64,000 nucleotides of DNA, taken from NCBI GenBank assembly GCA_039815185.1, contig JBCBZT010000016.1, positions 72,687 to 136,686 of the forward strand, read 5' to 3'. The translations under genes and the position numbers were made by a program. Source of the DNA: Cyanobacteria bacterium P01_A01_bin.123. GTDB taxonomy: Bacteria; Cyanobacteriota; Cyanobacteriia; Phormidesmidales; Phormidesmidaceae. How positions within the stretch are numbered: position 1 is the stretch's first letter; every line of letters begins with the position of its first letter. The notes under the pieces were generated by a model. The model made no database searches, was not told the origin of the DNA, and saw only the letters and a list, made by a program, of their open reading frames with translations. Shown here piece by piece: positions 33,108 to 44,849 of this stretch.

Positions 33108-33470
33108 ATGGCTGTTGACACAACCACACAGATAAAAGCGATTGCTCGCTATATTCGTATGTCCCCCCATAAGGTGCGCCGGGTGCTGGATCAGATTCGG
33201 GGATTGTCATACCGCGAAGCTTTGATCATCTTAGAGTTCATGCCCTATCGTGCTTGTGAGCCTGTGCTCAAGGTCTTGCGTTCTGCTGTAGCAAATGCAG
33301 AGCATAACGAGGGTTTGGATCCGTCAACGTTAGTGATTAGCGAAGCCTTCGCAGATCAGGGGCCAACGCTTAAACGTTATCGGCCGAGAGCTCAAGGCCG
33401 TGCTTATCAAATTCGTAAGCCTACGTGTCATATCACTATTGCAGTGGCTGAGTCTAGCGCAGACGCATAA
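33108..33470 (+). CDS. rplV: 50S ribosomal protein L22
   Basis: [24 protein letters not shown]. Confidence 0.98.
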   Translation: MAVDTTTQIKAIARYIRMSPHKVRRVLDQIRGLSYREALIILEFMPYRACEPVLKVLRSAVANAEHNEGLDPSTLVISEAFADQGPTLKRYRPRAQGRAYQIRKPTCHITIAVAESSADA

Positions 33471-33533
33471 GTTGCTATTTCAATCCAGTAAGATTCGTTT
33501 TAGTTCGCCGATAATCGCAGAGGGAAAAGATTC

Positions 33534-34265
33534 GTGGGACAGAAGATTCATCCAATTGGCTTTCGTTTAGGGGTGATTCAAGAGCACCGTTCTCGTTGGT
33601 ATGCCGATAGCAATCGGTATCCTGAGTTGCTTCAAGAAGACTATGTGATCCGCCAGTATGTGGAGAAAAACTTGAGCAATGCCGGGATCTCTGAGGTGCG
33701 TATTGAACGCAAGGCCGAGCAGATTGATCTTGAAGTCCGTACGGCTCGTCCTGGGGTTGTCGTCGGACGAGGCGGTAGTGGCATCGAGGCGTTGAGAGCA
33801 GGGTTGCAAAAAGAGCTGAAGGATAATAATCGTCAGATTCGCATCAATGTGGTTGAAGTAGCGCGAGTCGATGCTGATGCGGCACTGGTGTGTGAGTATA
33901 TCGTGCAGCAGCTAGAACGCCGGGTTTCGTTCCGGCGGGTTGTGCGTCAGGCAATTCAGCGCGCTCAACGGGCGGGTGTTGAAGGGATCAAGATTCAGGT
34001 TAGTGGCCGCTTGAATGGAGCTGAAATCGCTCGGACTGAGTGGACTCGGGAAGGGCGAGTGCCGCTTCATACTCTGAGGGCAGATGTTGACTATTCTTAC
34101 CGCACGGCTCAGACCATTTACGGCATTTTAGGCATTAAGGTTTGGATCTTCAAAGGGGAAGTTATTCCTGGGCAAGAAGAGCCCGTAAGCAGCACTAATG
34201 CCCAGCCTCGACGTCGCCAACAGCGCCGCCGTCAGCAGTTTGAGGATCGATCCAACGAAGGGTAA
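33534..34265 (+). CDS. rpsC: 30S ribosomal protein S3
   Basis: [23 protein letters not shown]. Confidence 0.98.
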   Translation: MGQKIHPIGFRLGVIQEHRSRWYADSNRYPELLQEDYVIRQYVEKNLSNAGISEVRIERKAEQIDLEVRTARPGVVVGRGGSGIEALRAGLQKELKDNNRQIRINVVEVARVDADAALVCEYIVQQLERRVSFRRVVRQAIQRAQRAGVEGIKIQVSGRLNGAEIARTEWTREGRVPLHTLRADVDYSYRTAQTIYGILGIKVWIFKGEVIPGQEEPVSSTNAQPRRRQQRRRQQFEDRSNEG

Positions 34266-34333
34266 ATGTTTTTTATCACCGCTTTTCCTGGTGTATGCGC
34301 TAGTAAATCTTTGAATCAAATTGTTGACTCGTT

Positions 34334-34753
34334 ATGTTAAGTCCCAGAAGAACTAAATTTCGCAAGCAGCATCGCGGTCGCATGCGGGGGATGGCTACCC
34401 GTGGTAATACCCTTAACTTTGGTGAATTTGCACTGCAAGCAACCGAGCCCTCCTGGTTAACTTCTCGCCAAATTGAAGCAGCCCGACGGGCAATGACACG
34501 TTATGTCAGGCGGGGTGGGAAAATCTGGATTCGAGTTTTCCCTGATAAACCTGTGACGATGCGTCCTGCTGAAACTCGGATGGGGTCAGGTAAGGGAAAT
34601 CCCGAATTTTGGGTGGCGGTCGTCAAGCCCGGCAGAATTTTATTCGAAATTTCGGGCGTCCCTGAAGAAACAGCTCGAGAAGCAATGCGATTAGCATCCT
34701 TCAAGCTGCCTTTCAAAACCAAGTTTGTTGCGCGGGATACGAAGGACTCATAG
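34334..34753 (+). CDS. rplP: 50S ribosomal protein L16
   Basis: [18 protein letters not shown]. Confidence 0.98.
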   Translation: MLSPRRTKFRKQHRGRMRGMATRGNTLNFGEFALQATEPSWLTSRQIEAARRAMTRYVRRGGKIWIRVFPDKPVTMRPAETRMGSGKGNPEFWVAVVKPGRILFEISGVPEETAREAMRLASFKLPFKTKFVARDTKDS

Positions 34754-34755
34754 CG

Positions 34756-35019
34756 ATGGCACTACCTAAGATTCAAGATATTCGACAGCTTGGCGATCAA
34801 GAACTTGTTGATGAGATCGTCAAAGTTAAGAAGGAGTTGTTTGACCTCCGGTTTCGTAAGGCAACCCGTCAATTAGATAACGGGTTTCATCAGTTCAAGC
34901 ATGGGCAGCATCGAATAGCCCAGTTGAAAACTGTACTGCGGGAGCGGCAGTTGTCTCAAACCCTTGAGGCTCCTAAGTCTACAGTTGCCCCATCAGAACC
35001 CACATCGACAGAGGACTAG
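34756..35019 (+). CDS. rpmC: 50S ribosomal protein L29
   Basis: [17 protein letters not shown], operon position. Confidence 0.95.
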   Translation: MALPKIQDIRQLGDQELVDEIVKVKKELFDLRFRKATRQLDNGFHQFKHGQHRIAQLKTVLRERQLSQTLEAPKSTVAPSEPTSTED

Positions 35020-35029
35020 GAGTAAGGTA

Positions 35030-35281
35030 ATGGCGGTTAAAGAAAGGGTCGGCTTGGTTGTGAGCGACAAAATGGATAAGACCGTGGTGGTTACGGTTGA
35101 AAGTCGGATTCCTCACCCTAAGTATCAAAAAATCATGGTGTGCACTCACCGCTATAAAGTGCATGACCAAGAGAATCAGTGTCAAGTTGGCGATCGTGTC
35201 CGGATTCGAGAAACTCGTCCAATAAGCCGCACTAAGCGGTGGGCGGTGACCGACATCGTAAGTCGTGCGGCTGGCGTCTAG
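35030..35281 (+). CDS. rpsQ: 30S ribosomal protein S17
   Basis: [25 protein letters not shown]. Confidence 0.97.
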   Translation: MAVKERVGLVVSDKMDKTVVVTVESRIPHPKYQKIMVCTHRYKVHDQENQCQVGDRVRIRETRPISRTKRWAVTDIVSRAAGV

Positions 35282-35315
35282 GGATAGAGATAGCTAAGGA
35301 AGGGGGCGGTGAGCC

Positions 35316-35681
35316 ATGATTCAACAAGAGTCTTATTTAGATGTAGCTGACAACAGTGGTGCCCGTAAGCTCATGTGTATCCGTGTACTGGGGGGAAATC
35401 GTCGCTATGCGGGTGTGGGTGATGTCATTATTGCGGTGGTTAAAGATGCCATTCCCAATATGGGTGTCAAAAAGTCTGACGTGGTACGGGCGGTCGTCGT
35501 CCGGACTCGTAAAGGCCTACGTCGCAGTAGTGGCATGAGTATTCGGTTTGACGATAACGCTGCTGTGATTATCAATCCAGAGGGTAATCCCAGAGGGACT
35601 CGAGTGTTTGGTCCTGTTGCTCGTGAGCTACGAGAAAAGAACTTCACAAAGATTGTGTCGCTAGCACCGGAGGTTCTATAG
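35316..35681 (+). CDS. rplN: 50S ribosomal protein L14
   Basis: [21 protein letters not shown]. Confidence 0.98.
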   Translation: MIQQESYLDVADNSGARKLMCIRVLGGNRRYAGVGDVIIAVVKDAIPNMGVKKSDVVRAVVVRTRKGLRRSSGMSIRFDDNAAVIINPEGNPRGTRVFGPVARELREKNFTKIVSLAPEVL

Positions 35682-35683
35682 GG

Positions 35684-36034
35684 ATGGCAACGAAAGCAAA
35701 AGCACATCAAAAACATCAGAAAATGCATGTGAAGAAGGGCGATACCGTTCAGGTAATCACCGGTAGCGACAAGGGTAAGGTTGGTGAGGTGTTGTCGGTT
35801 AGCCCTAAGCACAGCAAGGTCATTGTCGAGGGTGTCAACATCCGTACCAAACACGTTAAACCCCAGCAAGAAGGAGAATCGGGCCAAATTGTGACCTCAG
35901 AGGCACCGATTCATAGTTCCAACGTCATGCTTTACTCCGAAAAAGAGAAGGTCGTGAGCCGAGTTTGCTACACCTTTACCGAAGAAGGACGTAAAGTTCG
36001 CATGTTGAAGAAGACAGGTGAGGTCATTGATTAA
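35684..36034 (+). CDS. rplX: 50S ribosomal protein L24
   Basis: [25 protein letters not shown]. Confidence 0.98.
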   Translation: MATKAKAHQKHQKMHVKKGDTVQVITGSDKGKVGEVLSVSPKHSKVIVEGVNIRTKHVKPQQEGESGQIVTSEAPIHSSNVMLYSEKEKVVSRVCYTFTEEGRKVRMLKKTGEVID

Positions 36035-36109
36035 AGTCGGTTTCCCAATCTACATTTTGCTGTCTATCTCCCTGACCCAGCCCAGGGAAAAGCTCAAGGA
36101 CTAAGGATT

Positions 36110-36655
36110 ATGGCAGAACAGCTCAAGTCGTTTTATTACGAAAAAGTCGTCCCTAAGTTGATGGAGGAATTTAAGTACTCCAACATCCACCAAGTGCCCA
36201 AACTAGTCAAAGTGACTGTTAATCGGGGACTGGGGGAAGCCCACCAAAATACGAAAGCTCTGGAGTCTTCCGTTAGTGAAATTGCCATGATCACAGGACA
36301 AAAACCTGTGGTGACTCGAGCAAAGCGCGCGATCGCGGGTTTCAAAATCCGCCAAGGGATGCCTGTTGGGGTGATGGTAACCCTACGAGCTGAGCGCATG
36401 TATGCCTTCCTCAACCGTTTGATTAATCTAACCCTACCTCGAATTCGAGACTTCAGAGGGGTAAGTGCGAAAAGCTTTGACGGTCGGGGTAACTATACCT
36501 TGGGCTTGAAAGAACAGCTAATCTTTCCTGAGATTAGCTATGACGCTATCGATCAAATTCGCGGCATGGATATTTCCATTGTGACAACTGCGAATACTGA
36601 TGAAGAAGGGCGGGCTTTGTTAAAAGCGATGGGAATGCCATTCCGGGAAAACTGA
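36110..36655 (+). CDS. rplE: 50S ribosomal protein L5
   Basis: [22 protein letters not shown]. Confidence 0.98.
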   Translation: MAEQLKSFYYEKVVPKLMEEFKYSNIHQVPKLVKVTVNRGLGEAHQNTKALESSVSEIAMITGQKPVVTRAKRAIAGFKIRQGMPVGVMVTLRAERMYAFLNRLINLTLPRIRDFRGVSAKSFDGRGNYTLGLKEQLIFPEISYDAIDQIRGMDISIVTTANTDEEGRALLKAMGMPFREN

Positions 36656-36681
36656 GTCAGATTTAGAGAATAGAGAGAACT

Positions 36682-37083
36682 ATGGCGGCTAATGACACAA
36701 TTGCGGATATGCTGACGCGCATTCGAAACGCAACCCTGGCGCGACACAAGACAGTTGATATTCCCTCCACAAAAATGACACGCAGCATCGCTCATGTACT
36801 GCGGGAAGAGGGATTTATTACTGACTTTTCTGATTCTGGCGAGGGGATCAAGCGTCATCTTGTTGTCTCCCTGAAATATCGGGGCAAGACTCGCGAACCT
36901 ATTATCAAAAATTTGACGCGAGTCAGCAAACCGGGCTTGCGGGTTTACTCAAATCGCAAAGAATTGCCTCGGGTATTGGGTGGTATTGGCATTGCTATTA
37001 TCTCAACATCAAGCGGCATCATGACCGACCGCGATGCCCGTCGCCAAGGCATTGGTGGAGAAATTCTCTGCTACGTTTGGTAA
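36682..37083 (+). CDS. rpsH: 30S ribosomal protein S8
   Basis: [21 protein letters not shown]. Confidence 0.98.
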   Translation: MAANDTIADMLTRIRNATLARHKTVDIPSTKMTRSIAHVLREEGFITDFSDSGEGIKRHLVVSLKYRGKTREPIIKNLTRVSKPGLRVYSNRKELPRVLGGIGIAIISTSSGIMTDRDARRQGIGGEILCYVW

Positions 37084-37153
37084 ACCCTGACGAGCGAGCA
37101 GTTCCCTGACTGCCTCGTTAGCTGTTCTGTTCAGTAGGAGTCACAAGGTTATC

Positions 37154-37693
37154 ATGTCTCGGATTGGTAAACGCCCGGTTCCCATACCCTCTAAGGTTAC
37201 GGTTACCCTAGATGGGCAACATGTCATTGTTAAGGGTCCCAAAGGAGAGCTATCTCGTACCCTCCCTTCAGGGGTGTTGATTAGTCAAGAAGGTGAAACC
37301 TTGGTGGTTGAACGGGAAAATGAGTCCCGTCAATCCAGGGAGCGTCACGGGCTTTGTCGTACGTTACTAGCCAATATGGTTGAAGGGGTATCCCAGGGGT
37401 TTCAAAAGCGGCTTGAAATTCAGGGCGTTGGCTATCGAGCTCAGGTTCAAGGACGGACTTTGAATTTAAGTTTGGGCTACAGTCACCCCGTACAGTTTGA
37501 TCCGCCAGAGGGCATTCAGTTTGCGGTTGAAAACAATACCAATGTGGTAATTAGCGGTATCGATAAAGAAGTCGTGGGTAATATTGCGGCAAGTATTCGG
37601 GCTACGCGTCCCCCAGAACCTTATAAGGGCAAAGGTGTACGCTACGCCGGTGAAATGGTTAGACGCAAAGCTGGCAAGGCAGGGAAGAAGTAA
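37154..37693 (+). CDS. rplF: 50S ribosomal protein L6
   Basis: [14 protein letters not shown]. Confidence 0.98.
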   Translation: MSRIGKRPVPIPSKVTVTLDGQHVIVKGPKGELSRTLPSGVLISQEGETLVVERENESRQSRERHGLCRTLLANMVEGVSQGFQKRLEIQGVGYRAQVQGRTLNLSLGYSHPVQFDPPEGIQFAVENNTNVVISGIDKEVVGNIAASIRATRPPEPYKGKGVRYAGEMVRRKAGKAGKK

Positions 37694-37696
37694 ACC

Positions 37697-38062
37697 ATGA
37701 AATCAACACGTAAGTTGCAAACCCGCCGTCGTCACGCTCGGATCCGGCGTAAGGTTAAAGGCTCCACCGAACGACCTCGGTTAGCGGTATTTCGCTCTAA
37801 TACGCACATCTATGCTCAGGTAATTGATGATCTGACGCATCATACGTTGCTGTCTGCTTCTACCCTAGATGCAGAGTTTAAGGCAAGTGGTCAGGATAAT
37901 ACGGCTACTATGGAAGCTGCGGCTCAAGTCGGTAAGCTTTTAGCGGAGAAAGCCCTGAAACAAGGTATCCAACAAGTCGTTTTTGACCGGGGTGGTAATT
38001 TGTATCACGGTCGTGTGGCTGCCTTAGCTGAGGCAGCCCGGGAAGCAGGACTAGAATTTTAA
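37697..38062 (+). CDS. rplR: 50S ribosomal protein L18
   Basis: [21 protein letters not shown]. Confidence 0.98.
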   Translation: MKSTRKLQTRRRHARIRRKVKGSTERPRLAVFRSNTHIYAQVIDDLTHHTLLSASTLDAEFKASGQDNTATMEAAAQVGKLLAEKALKQGIQQVVFDRGGNLYHGRVAALAEAAREAGLEF

Positions 38063-38120
38063 GGCCTCCAGGATTGTGATTTTGGGTAGGCAGATAACAT
38101 GGTAAGTAAGTGACAATGCT

Positions 38121-38642
38121 ATGGCAAATCGTCGTAAAAACAACAAAGCTAAAGAGAAGGAATCTGATTGGCAAGAGCGGGTTGTCCAGATTCGCCGGGT
38201 TACCAAGGTGGTTAAAGGGGGTAAGAAGCTGAGCTTCCGAGCCATTGTGGTAGTTGGCAATGAAAAAGGCCAGGTCGGTGTGGGTGTGGGTAAAGCCAGC
38301 GATGTCATTGGTGCTGTCAAAAAGGGCGTCGCCGACGGTAAGAAGCACTTAGTAGAAGTGCCTTTAACTAAGGCAAATTCTATTCCCCATCCGGTCAATG
38401 GTATTGGAGGTGGGGCAAAGGTGATGATGCGCCCAGCTGCGCCTGGTACTGGGGTAATTGCCGGGGGGGCGGTTCGCACTGTATTGGAATTAGCTGGGGT
38501 GCAAAATATTCTGGCTAAACAGTTAGGATCGAACAATCCGTTGAATAATGCCCGAGCGGCAGCTAATGCCTTAGCTTCCTTGCGAACCTTTGCTGAGGTT
38601 GCTGAAGAGCGTGGCGTTTCCATTGAGAAACTCTACGTCTAA
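38121..38642 (+). CDS. rpsE: 30S ribosomal protein S5
   Basis: [18 protein letters not shown]. Confidence 0.98.
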   Translation: MANRRKNNKAKEKESDWQERVVQIRRVTKVVKGGKKLSFRAIVVVGNEKGQVGVGVGKASDVIGAVKKGVADGKKHLVEVPLTKANSIPHPVNGIGGGAKVMMRPAAPGTGVIAGGAVRTVLELAGVQNILAKQLGSNNPLNNARAAANALASLRTFAEVAEERGVSIEKLYV

Positions 38643-38674
38643 TCTGTCTAAGTTAGATTAACCAATAACGTGCT

Positions 38675-39121
38675 ATGAGACTTCAAGACGCTCAACCAAA
38701 AGCTGGTTCAAAAAAACGTCGTCGCCGGGTTGGCCGGGGAATTTCCGCAGGGCAGGGAGCCAGCTGCGGTTTTGGCATGCGGGGTCAAAAATCTCGTTCC
38801 GGTCACAGTACCCGTCCTGGCTTTGAAGGGGGTCAGCTACCGCTGTACCGTCGGATCCCTAAGTTGAAGCATTTTCCATTGGTAAATCAAAAGCATTACA
38901 CCGTCGTTAACGTAAGTGCTTTGAATGGCTTAACTGCTAAAACTGAGGTTACCCTATCCTCCCTAATGGAGATAGGTATTATTACGACTAACGATGGCCC
39001 GCTTAAAATTTTGGGGGATGGGGAACTTTCCGTAGCGTTGACAGTTAAAGCGGCAGCAGCTACTCAGTCTGCTAAGGCTAAGATTGAAGCTGCGGGGGGT
39101 AGTTTTGAGATTGTGGTGTAA
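38675..39121 (+). CDS. rplO: 50S ribosomal protein L15
   Basis: [19 protein letters not shown]. Confidence 0.98.
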   Translation: MRLQDAQPKAGSKKRRRRVGRGISAGQGASCGFGMRGQKSRSGHSTRPGFEGGQLPLYRRIPKLKHFPLVNQKHYTVVNVSALNGLTAKTEVTLSSLMEIGIITTNDGPLKILGDGELSVALTVKAAAATQSAKAKIEAAGGSFEIVV

Positions 39122-39244
39122 TCAACTGCTTCACGGTTAGCGTTTACCCTCGCACCTTGAGTTGTTTGCTTGGCGCTACAAAAGATTGCTATACCTAGGT
39201 TAGATATTGCCAACCCAGGTTCAACACAGTAGGACGTACAGGAT

Positions 39245-40561
39245 ATGGTTGTTAATCGAGGTAAAGCACCCAGTGCACAGGAAACGTTTATGCAAATGGC
39301 GCAGGCCGCCGGATTGCGTAGCCGTCTTCTGGTCACGGTTGGGTTGTTGGTGCTGGTTAGGCTGGGGGTATTCATTCCTGTACCTGGCATTGATCGGGCT
39401 GCATTCACAAGCTACCTCCAAACTAACAGTATGGGTGGCGTCCTGGGATTCGTAGATATTTTTGTAGGGGGTGGCCTCTCCGCTCTGGGAATTTTCGCTC
39501 TGGGAATCTTACCCTTTATCAACGCTTCAATTATTTTGCAATTGCTCACAGCAGCACTCCCTGCATTGGAAGATTTGCAGAAGAACGAGGGTGAAGCAGG
39601 TCGTCGTAAGCTATCTCAAATTACCCGCTATGTTGCTCTAGGTTGGGCAATCTTACAAAGCACCCTACTCTCTAGCTTCTTGCTAATGCAGTTTGCTGAA
39701 ACCCCAGGCCCTGCATTTGTAGTGGAGACCGTTTTGGCGCTTACTGCTGGATCTATGTTTGTCATGTGGGTTGGTGAGTTGATCACTGAAAGGGGAGTTG
39801 GTAATGGTGCATCGTTGCTGATCTTCCTTAACATTGTTTCGACTCTACCGCGATCGCTGGGCCAAACCATTGAGCTGGCTCAAACCAGTGATAATCGTGG
39901 CGTAGTTGGTGGCGTGGTAATTTTGCTGCTGGTGTTTCTGGCCATGATTGTGGGTATTGTGTTTGTGCAAGAGGGCACCCGCCGCATTCCAATTATTTCT
40001 GCCCGTCGCCAGGTAGGCCGAAAGCTTTATCTTGAAAAGAGTAATTACTTGCCCTTGCGCCTCAATCAGGGTGGAGTCATGCCGATTATTTTTGCTTCGG
40101 CTGTGTTGGTGATTCCAATTTCTTTGACGCAGTATATTTCGAATCCCACGTTTGCTCAGTTTGTTAGCCGCTATTTTAGCCCGACGTCTTTACTTTATGT
40201 CGGTCTATACCTGGTGTTAATCCTGTTCTTTAGCTATTTCTATGCATCGCTGATTGTCAATCCTGAGGATATGTCTCGCAACTTGAAGAAGATGGGGGCT
40301 AGTATCCCAGGTATTCGCCCTGGGAAGGCTACCAGTGAATATATTGGTAAGGTGCTCAATCGACTCACATTCATCGGTGCGATTTTCCTTGGGTTAGTGG
40401 CTGTCATTCCCAGTGCAGTTGAGAGTCTAACTCGAATCCAAACGTTTCGGGGTTTGGGGGCCACCTCGCTACTGATTTTGGTTGGCGTGGCAATTGACAC
40501 AGCTAAGCAAATTCAAACTTACGTCATCTCTCAGAGATACGAAGGAATGGTGAAGCAATAG
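39245..40561 (+). CDS. secY: Preprotein translocase subunit SecY
   Basis: [28 protein letters not shown]. Confidence 0.98.
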   Translation: MVVNRGKAPSAQETFMQMAQAAGLRSRLLVTVGLLVLVRLGVFIPVPGIDRAAFTSYLQTNSMGGVLGFVDIFVGGGLSALGIFALGILPFINASIILQLLTAALPALEDLQKNEGEAGRRKLSQITRYVALGWAILQSTLLSSFLLMQFAETPGPAFVVETVLALTAGSMFVMWVGELITERGVGNGASLLIFLNIVSTLPRSLGQTIELAQTSDNRGVVGGVVILLLVFLAMIVGIVFVQEGTRRIPIISARRQVGRKLYLEKSNYLPLRLNQGGVMPIIFASAVLVIPISLTQYISNPTFAQFVSRYFSPTSLLYVGLYLVLILFFSYFYASLIVNPEDMSRNLKKMGASIPGIRPGKATSEYIGKVLNRLTFIGAIFLGLVAVIPSAVESLTRIQTFRGLGATSLLILVGVAIDTAKQIQTYVISQRYEGMVKQ

Positions 40562-41115
40562 TGACTCGACTGATCTTTCTAGGCCCTCCTGGTGCAGGCA
40601 AAGGCACGCAAGCTATGGTGTTATCTCAGGCTTGTCATGTGCCGCATATTTCAACTGGGGACATTTTGCGGGTAGCTGTAGCTGAGCAAACCAATCTGGG
40701 CAAGAAGGCTGCTTTCTACATGAATGCAGGTGAATTAGTGCCTGACGAATTGATTTTGGATTTGATTCGCGATCGCTTGGGTAAGTCAGACGCGGATTCG
40801 GGATGGATTTTAGATGGCTTCCCGCGCAACGTCCCCCAGGCCACTTTCTTAGACACTTTGCTTGAGGACATCCAACAGCCGTGCGAGTTTGTGGTAAACC
40901 TTGATGTGCCAGATGAGGTTTTGGTGGCCCGTCTATTGAGCCGGGGGCGCGCTGATGACAATGAGTCAGTGATTCGTAACCGATTGGAAGTATATCGCAA
41001 TCAAACGGAACCGCTCATCGATTTTTACCGCGATCGGCAGCAGCTTGTTTCGGTAGATGGTAACCAACCAGTGGAATCAGTTACTGATGAGCTCAAAGCG
41101 TTGGTAAATGGGTAG
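40561..41115 (+). CDS. adk: Adenylate kinase
   Basis: [17 protein letters not shown]. Confidence 0.97.
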   Translation: MTRLIFLGPPGAGKGTQAMVLSQACHVPHISTGDILRVAVAEQTNLGKKAAFYMNAGELVPDELILDLIRDRLGKSDADSGWILDGFPRNVPQATFLDTLLEDIQQPCEFVVNLDVPDEVLVARLLSRGRADDNESVIRNRLEVYRNQTEPLIDFYRDRQQLVSVDGNQPVESVTDELKALVNG

Positions 41116-41253
41116 AATTTTTGCTGAAGAAATGACCCATCAATTGCAGGTCGGGTTAATTTACGGATTGCCTTGCCTAGAATCACTGGTTTATTGAGAT
41201 AGCCTGGTTAGGCTGGCCTTGTTAAGCCGACTGTAGAGTTGAGGAATTGCTAA

Positions 41254-41478
41254 TTGTCTAAGCAAGATTTGATTGAAATGGAAGGGACAGTCACAGAATC
41301 CCTCCCAAATGCGATGTTCCGGGTTGACCTGGATAATGGATTTAATGTGTTGGCCCATATTTCTGGTAAGATACGCCGGAACTACATCAAAATTCTCCCT
41401 GGCGATCGCGTTAAGGTAGAACTTACCCCCTATGATTTAACCAAGGGACGAATTACTTATCGTCTTCGGAAGAAGTAA
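41254..41478 (+). CDS. infA: Translation initiation factor IF-1
   Basis: [27 protein letters not shown] start after GAGG. Confidence 0.98.
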
Positions 41479-41524
41479 ACCTTGCCTATGCTCAGCATTT
41501 GGTAAAGCTTAACTTTTTAATTGT

Positions 41525-42577
41525 TCAACTATCGTCAACAATGGAATCTAGCAGTAGCCCTGCACCGTATCTAACTACGTCGGTGCAGGGCAATTTTGTG
41601 GTAGCTATGACTTCTGCAATCGCGGCTTGAGCGGCAGGTTCACCGAGATGGGCGGTATTGAGTGCAATCCCTGCAATTTTAGGTGCAGCAAAGGTACCGC
41701 CTGCGGCGGCAACGGTTTCATAAACTTGAATTACCTCTGGTAATGGCGGAATGGTGAAGTTTGTAAAGTGCTGAATCTGACGTTGACCGGCCCGATGTAC
41801 CAAAACCAGGTGGGTCGGTTGAGTGCCGCGCAGCAAAGGTAATGTGGCTGTGGAAGCAGGATTCATTAACGATCCCTGGCCTTCTACAAACAAGATGTCG
41901 TGCTCAGGCCCGTGACGCATCATCAATTGCTCGATTGCACCTGCTGCAAAATCGACCCTTACAGCATCCAGGGCAACTCCGTCATCCCCCAGCATCAGCC
42001 CCGTTTGCCCCGTGGCGATCACCTTGGAACGAATCCCCCGCTGCTGACAGGCTTTATGGAGTTCTAAATTGGTGGACATTTTGCCAACGGCCATGTCTGT
42101 CCCAACGGCGAGAACCCGACGGCAGGATAGCGATCGCGCTTGCCCCGATCCAACTGAAAGGTCAGAGGGCTCCTGGCGCACATCCCAAATCCACTGGTTG
42201 GACTTAAGCAACCTTGTTAGATCTGGATCTTGGCTCATCCGGGTGTGTAATCCGTTGACAATGCTTAATCCAGTAGCGACTGCATGCTTGATTTCTGCGT
42301 ACCAAGCTGGGGGCAAGGTTCCCCCAGAAGGGGCAATACCAATAGCCAACACATCGGGGTTATAGGTCAGGGCAGCTTTAAAGGAAGGCACAATCGGAAC
42401 CGAGCGTTGAATACCCGTCAGTTCACTTAGGGAAGCATCGGGCGGGCATGATTGATCAATGAGGGCCACAATCGGGAGGGGGCTGTAACGCAGCATTGCT
42501 AATCCAGTTTTGCCCTTGGTACCAGTGATGCCGTCGTGCAGCAAAATAGCAATCCGGTTTTCTGCTGTCAGACGCAT
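41525..42577 (-). CDS. DUF1611 family P-loop protein (DgcN-like)
   Basis: KTGLAMLRY, VGTDMAVGKM, ATGQTG, VEGQGSL. Confidence 0.88.
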   Translation of the reverse strand: MRLTAENRIAILLHDGITGTKGKTGLAMLRYSPLPIVALIDQSCPPDASLSELTGIQRSVPIVPSFKAALTYNPDVLAIGIAPSGGTLPPAWYAEIKHAVATGLSIVNGLHTRMSQDPDLTRLLKSNQWIWDVRQEPSDLSVGSGQARSLSCRRVLAVGTDMAVGKMSTNLELHKACQQRGIRSKVIATGQTGLMLGDDGVALDAVRVDFAAGAIEQLMMRHGPEHDILFVEGQGSLMNPASTATLPLLRGTQPTHLVLVHRAGQRQIQHFTNFTIPPLPEVIQVYETVAAAGGTFAAPKIAGIALNTAHLGEPAAQAAIAEVIATTKLPCTDVVRYGAGLLLDSIVDDS

Positions 42578-42656
42578 GCTTGATTACTCCCTATGATGGA
42601 TTGACCTAACGATGAACGCTTCCCGATAGTAAATCATCTCCAGGTGTAAGGTCTGC

Positions 42657-43703
42657 TTAGACGTGAGTTACTCCAAGCCCTGGCGAAGCGTTGGGCATTA
42701 AACATCCCGATGTCGTCAGCATTGCACCCTGGAACGGATCATCTTTGAGGTTGAGATGACTGTCAAGATCGAGGTGATCAGCTAGGGGTGATAGATGGGC
42801 AAGGGCTGTATTCAGCAAACTGCTGTCGGAATAACAGCCAAACATCACCTGTAATCCCCAGGCCCGAGCAGCGTGAATCATGCGTTGGGCTTCGGTCAAT
42901 CCGCCAGACTTCATCAACTTAATATTGATGCCGTGGATATAGGGCGCAAGGCGCGGGATGTCATGGCTGGTCCAGCAGCTTTCGTCAACAAAGATCGGTA
43001 GAGGCGATCGCGCATGAAGCGCGGCAAACTCCGGTTCTGCCGTTGTAGGCAAAGGCTGTTCTATATAAACAACACCGCGTTCGGCTAACCAATCGGCCAT
43101 GGTTAAAGCATCTGCTAAAATCCAGCCCCCGTTGGCATCAATGCTAATTTTGGTATTTGGCGGAATATGTGCCAACAGTGCTGTCATCATGGCTTGATCG
43201 GCCCGAATGCCATTTGGGCTTCCCAGCTTAACTTTGATTGATCGAGCTGGAACCTGTTGCAACCAAGCGACTAATCGGGCTACAGCAGCAGCTGGGGCAC
43301 TAATGCCAATGGTGACCGCAGTCGGGCTAATCGTATTTAAATCTAAGCCCCAAAGTTGCCATAGGGGCAGTTTGGTATGTTTGCCCAACCAATCGTGCAG
43401 GGCAATGTCGAGGGCGGCCCGGCCGGCTGAACCCAATCCCGATTCGTGCATCAACTTCTCAATCTTCTGCTGTTCTAGGGGATGGCATTGACGCAATTGA
43501 GGCGTGATAGCTTGTATTTCTGCTGCGATCGTGTTGCTTGTCTGTCCGCGCCCCCCCAATGAAAAGGGGGCTGCTTCTCCCCAGCCTTCAATGCCATCGG
43601 CTTGTATTCGCACCCAAAGGTTGGTTGATCCAGCACTGGTGCCCCGGCTAATAGTCAACGGGACGCGCTTGTGCACGGTAAACGGTTGGATAGAAACTTG
43701 CAT
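42657..43703 (-). CDS. Enolase-superfamily dipeptide epimerase (L-Ala-D/L-Glu epimerase/DgcA-like)
   Basis: KVKLG, DANGGW, EQP, DES, NIKLMKSGG, DLD. Confidence 0.9.
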   Translation of the reverse strand: MQVSIQPFTVHKRVPLTISRGTSAGSTNLWVRIQADGIEGWGEAAPFSLGGRGQTSNTIAAEIQAITPQLRQCHPLEQQKIEKLMHESGLGSAGRAALDIALHDWLGKHTKLPLWQLWGLDLNTISPTAVTIGISAPAAAVARLVAWLQQVPARSIKVKLGSPNGIRADQAMMTALLAHIPPNTKISIDANGGWILADALTMADWLAERGVVYIEQPLPTTAEPEFAALHARSPLPIFVDESCWTSHDIPRLAPYIHGINIKLMKSGGLTEAQRMIHAARAWGLQVMFGCYSDSSLLNTALAHLSPLADHLDLDSHLNLKDDPFQGAMLTTSGCLMPNASPGLGVTHV

Positions 43704-43922
43704 AGACTTAGCAATAAGAGTGGCGCGTGACTCCCGCAATACGTTGCGGGGTTACAGGTCATATTGTTTCTTACCCAAAGGTGTTCCGCAATGCTAGATA
43801 CCTTGGGCAATGGGCCAAAATCAAATAAAGTTCTGGGAAAGTAGCGCGAAGTTCTTTACAAAGAGGTACCTTGTTTCTGAGCATAGAAAAGATCTATGCC
43901 GCGCAATTAGGAGTAAATATCT

Positions 43923-44372
43923 GTGGAAAGAACATTTTTAATGATTAAACCCGATGGTGTCCAGCGGGGTTTGGTCGGAGAAATTATCCGTCGCTATGAG
44001 ACCAAGGGCTTTACCCTAGTTGGGTTGAAGTTGATGAGCGTCTCCCGAGAACTGGCCGAAAAGCACTACGATGTTCACCGTGAGCGGCCTTTTTTTGGTG
44101 GCTTGGTTGATTTCATCACCTCTGGGCCTGTAGTGGCCATGGTGTGGGAAGGCGACGGTGTTGTCGCCTCTGCCCGCAAACTTATCGGTGCTACAAATCC
44201 CCTCTCGGCTGAACCGGGCACTATTCGAGGTGATTATGGGGTTACCATTGGTCGCAACATTATCCACGGATCTGATGCCATTGAAACAGCCCGTGCAGAG
44301 ATCGACCTGTGGTTCAGTGAAAATGAGCTTGCTGCTTGGGAGCCGACGATGAAGGGTTGGCTTTACGAGTGA
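43923..44372 (+). CDS. ndk: Nucleoside diphosphate kinase
   Basis: [22 protein letters not shown]. Confidence 0.98.
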   Translation: MERTFLMIKPDGVQRGLVGEIIRRYETKGFTLVGLKLMSVSRELAEKHYDVHRERPFFGGLVDFITSGPVVAMVWEGDGVVASARKLIGATNPLSAEPGTIRGDYGVTIGRNIIHGSDAIETARAEIDLWFSENELAAWEPTMKGWLYE

Positions 44373-44428
44373 TGGAGTGATGGGGAAGGTGGTGTGATGG
44401 AGTAATGGGGAAGGTGGGGAAGGTGGGA
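44371..44428 (+). repeat. Short degenerate tandem repeat (GATGGAGT / GGGGAAGGT units)
   Basis: GATGGAGTGATGGGGAAGGTGGTGTGATGGAGTAATGGGGAAGGTGGGGAAGGTGGGA directly after ndk. Confidence 0.65.
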
Positions 44429-44516
44429 TAGGCGTTGCCGAATGCGTCTCTACCTTCCCGAGTCGACTTCTAACGCCCCAAGCCTCACGCCCCTCCTTCA
44501 ACAATCTTGAGGACAG

Positions 44517-44849
44517 TTAGTCATCAATGTCCAGAAAATCCATTACATCTATAGGGTCATGCTGTTTGGCCATGACAAACGAGTTGTCAAAATAGGTGAG
44601 GTAGAGTTCAAACTCATAATCTTCGAGCATCATGGCTTTCCAAGTTGCGGTGAAAAACCATTCGGCATCGTCTCGGCTAGACCAGAGCAAGACTGCTGCA
44701 AAACTGCGATTTTCTCTTGATGTCAAAAAGGATTTATCGATGAGTCCAAATGCATTGTGAAAGCCGCTGGCAATCCCGGCGATCGCCATGGGCATATGTT
44801 CGATTGCGATATCGTCAGGCAATTTAAATTGAACGAGGACAGTGATCAT
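44517..44849 (-). CDS. YdhR-like putative monooxygenase (dimeric alpha-beta barrel)
   Basis: AGGAG precedes the ATG at 44849. MITVLVQFKLP, GLIDK, LLWSSRDDAE, TYFD. Confidence 0.6.
   Translation of the reverse strand: MITVLVQFKLPDDIAIEHMPMAIAGIASGFHNAFGLIDKSFLTSRENRSFAAVLLWSSRDDAEWFFTATWKAMMLEDYEFELYLTYFDNSFVMAKQHDPIDVMDFLDIDD

Noticed and set aside
41254..41256. TTG start codon of infA
   Set aside because: Non-ATG starts for infA are common in cyanobacteria.
30118..41478. Absence of rpsJ, rpsN and rpmD here, and of rpsD from the alpha operon
   Set aside because: Normal for cyanobacteria, where these genes lie elsewhere or are absent.
25175..41495. CTGAGCCTAG (25175-25184) versus the reverse complement of CTATGCTCAG (41486-41495) as inversion-breakpoint repeats
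   Set aside because: A 9/10 match is too short to distinguish from chance, and no recombinase gene is nearby.
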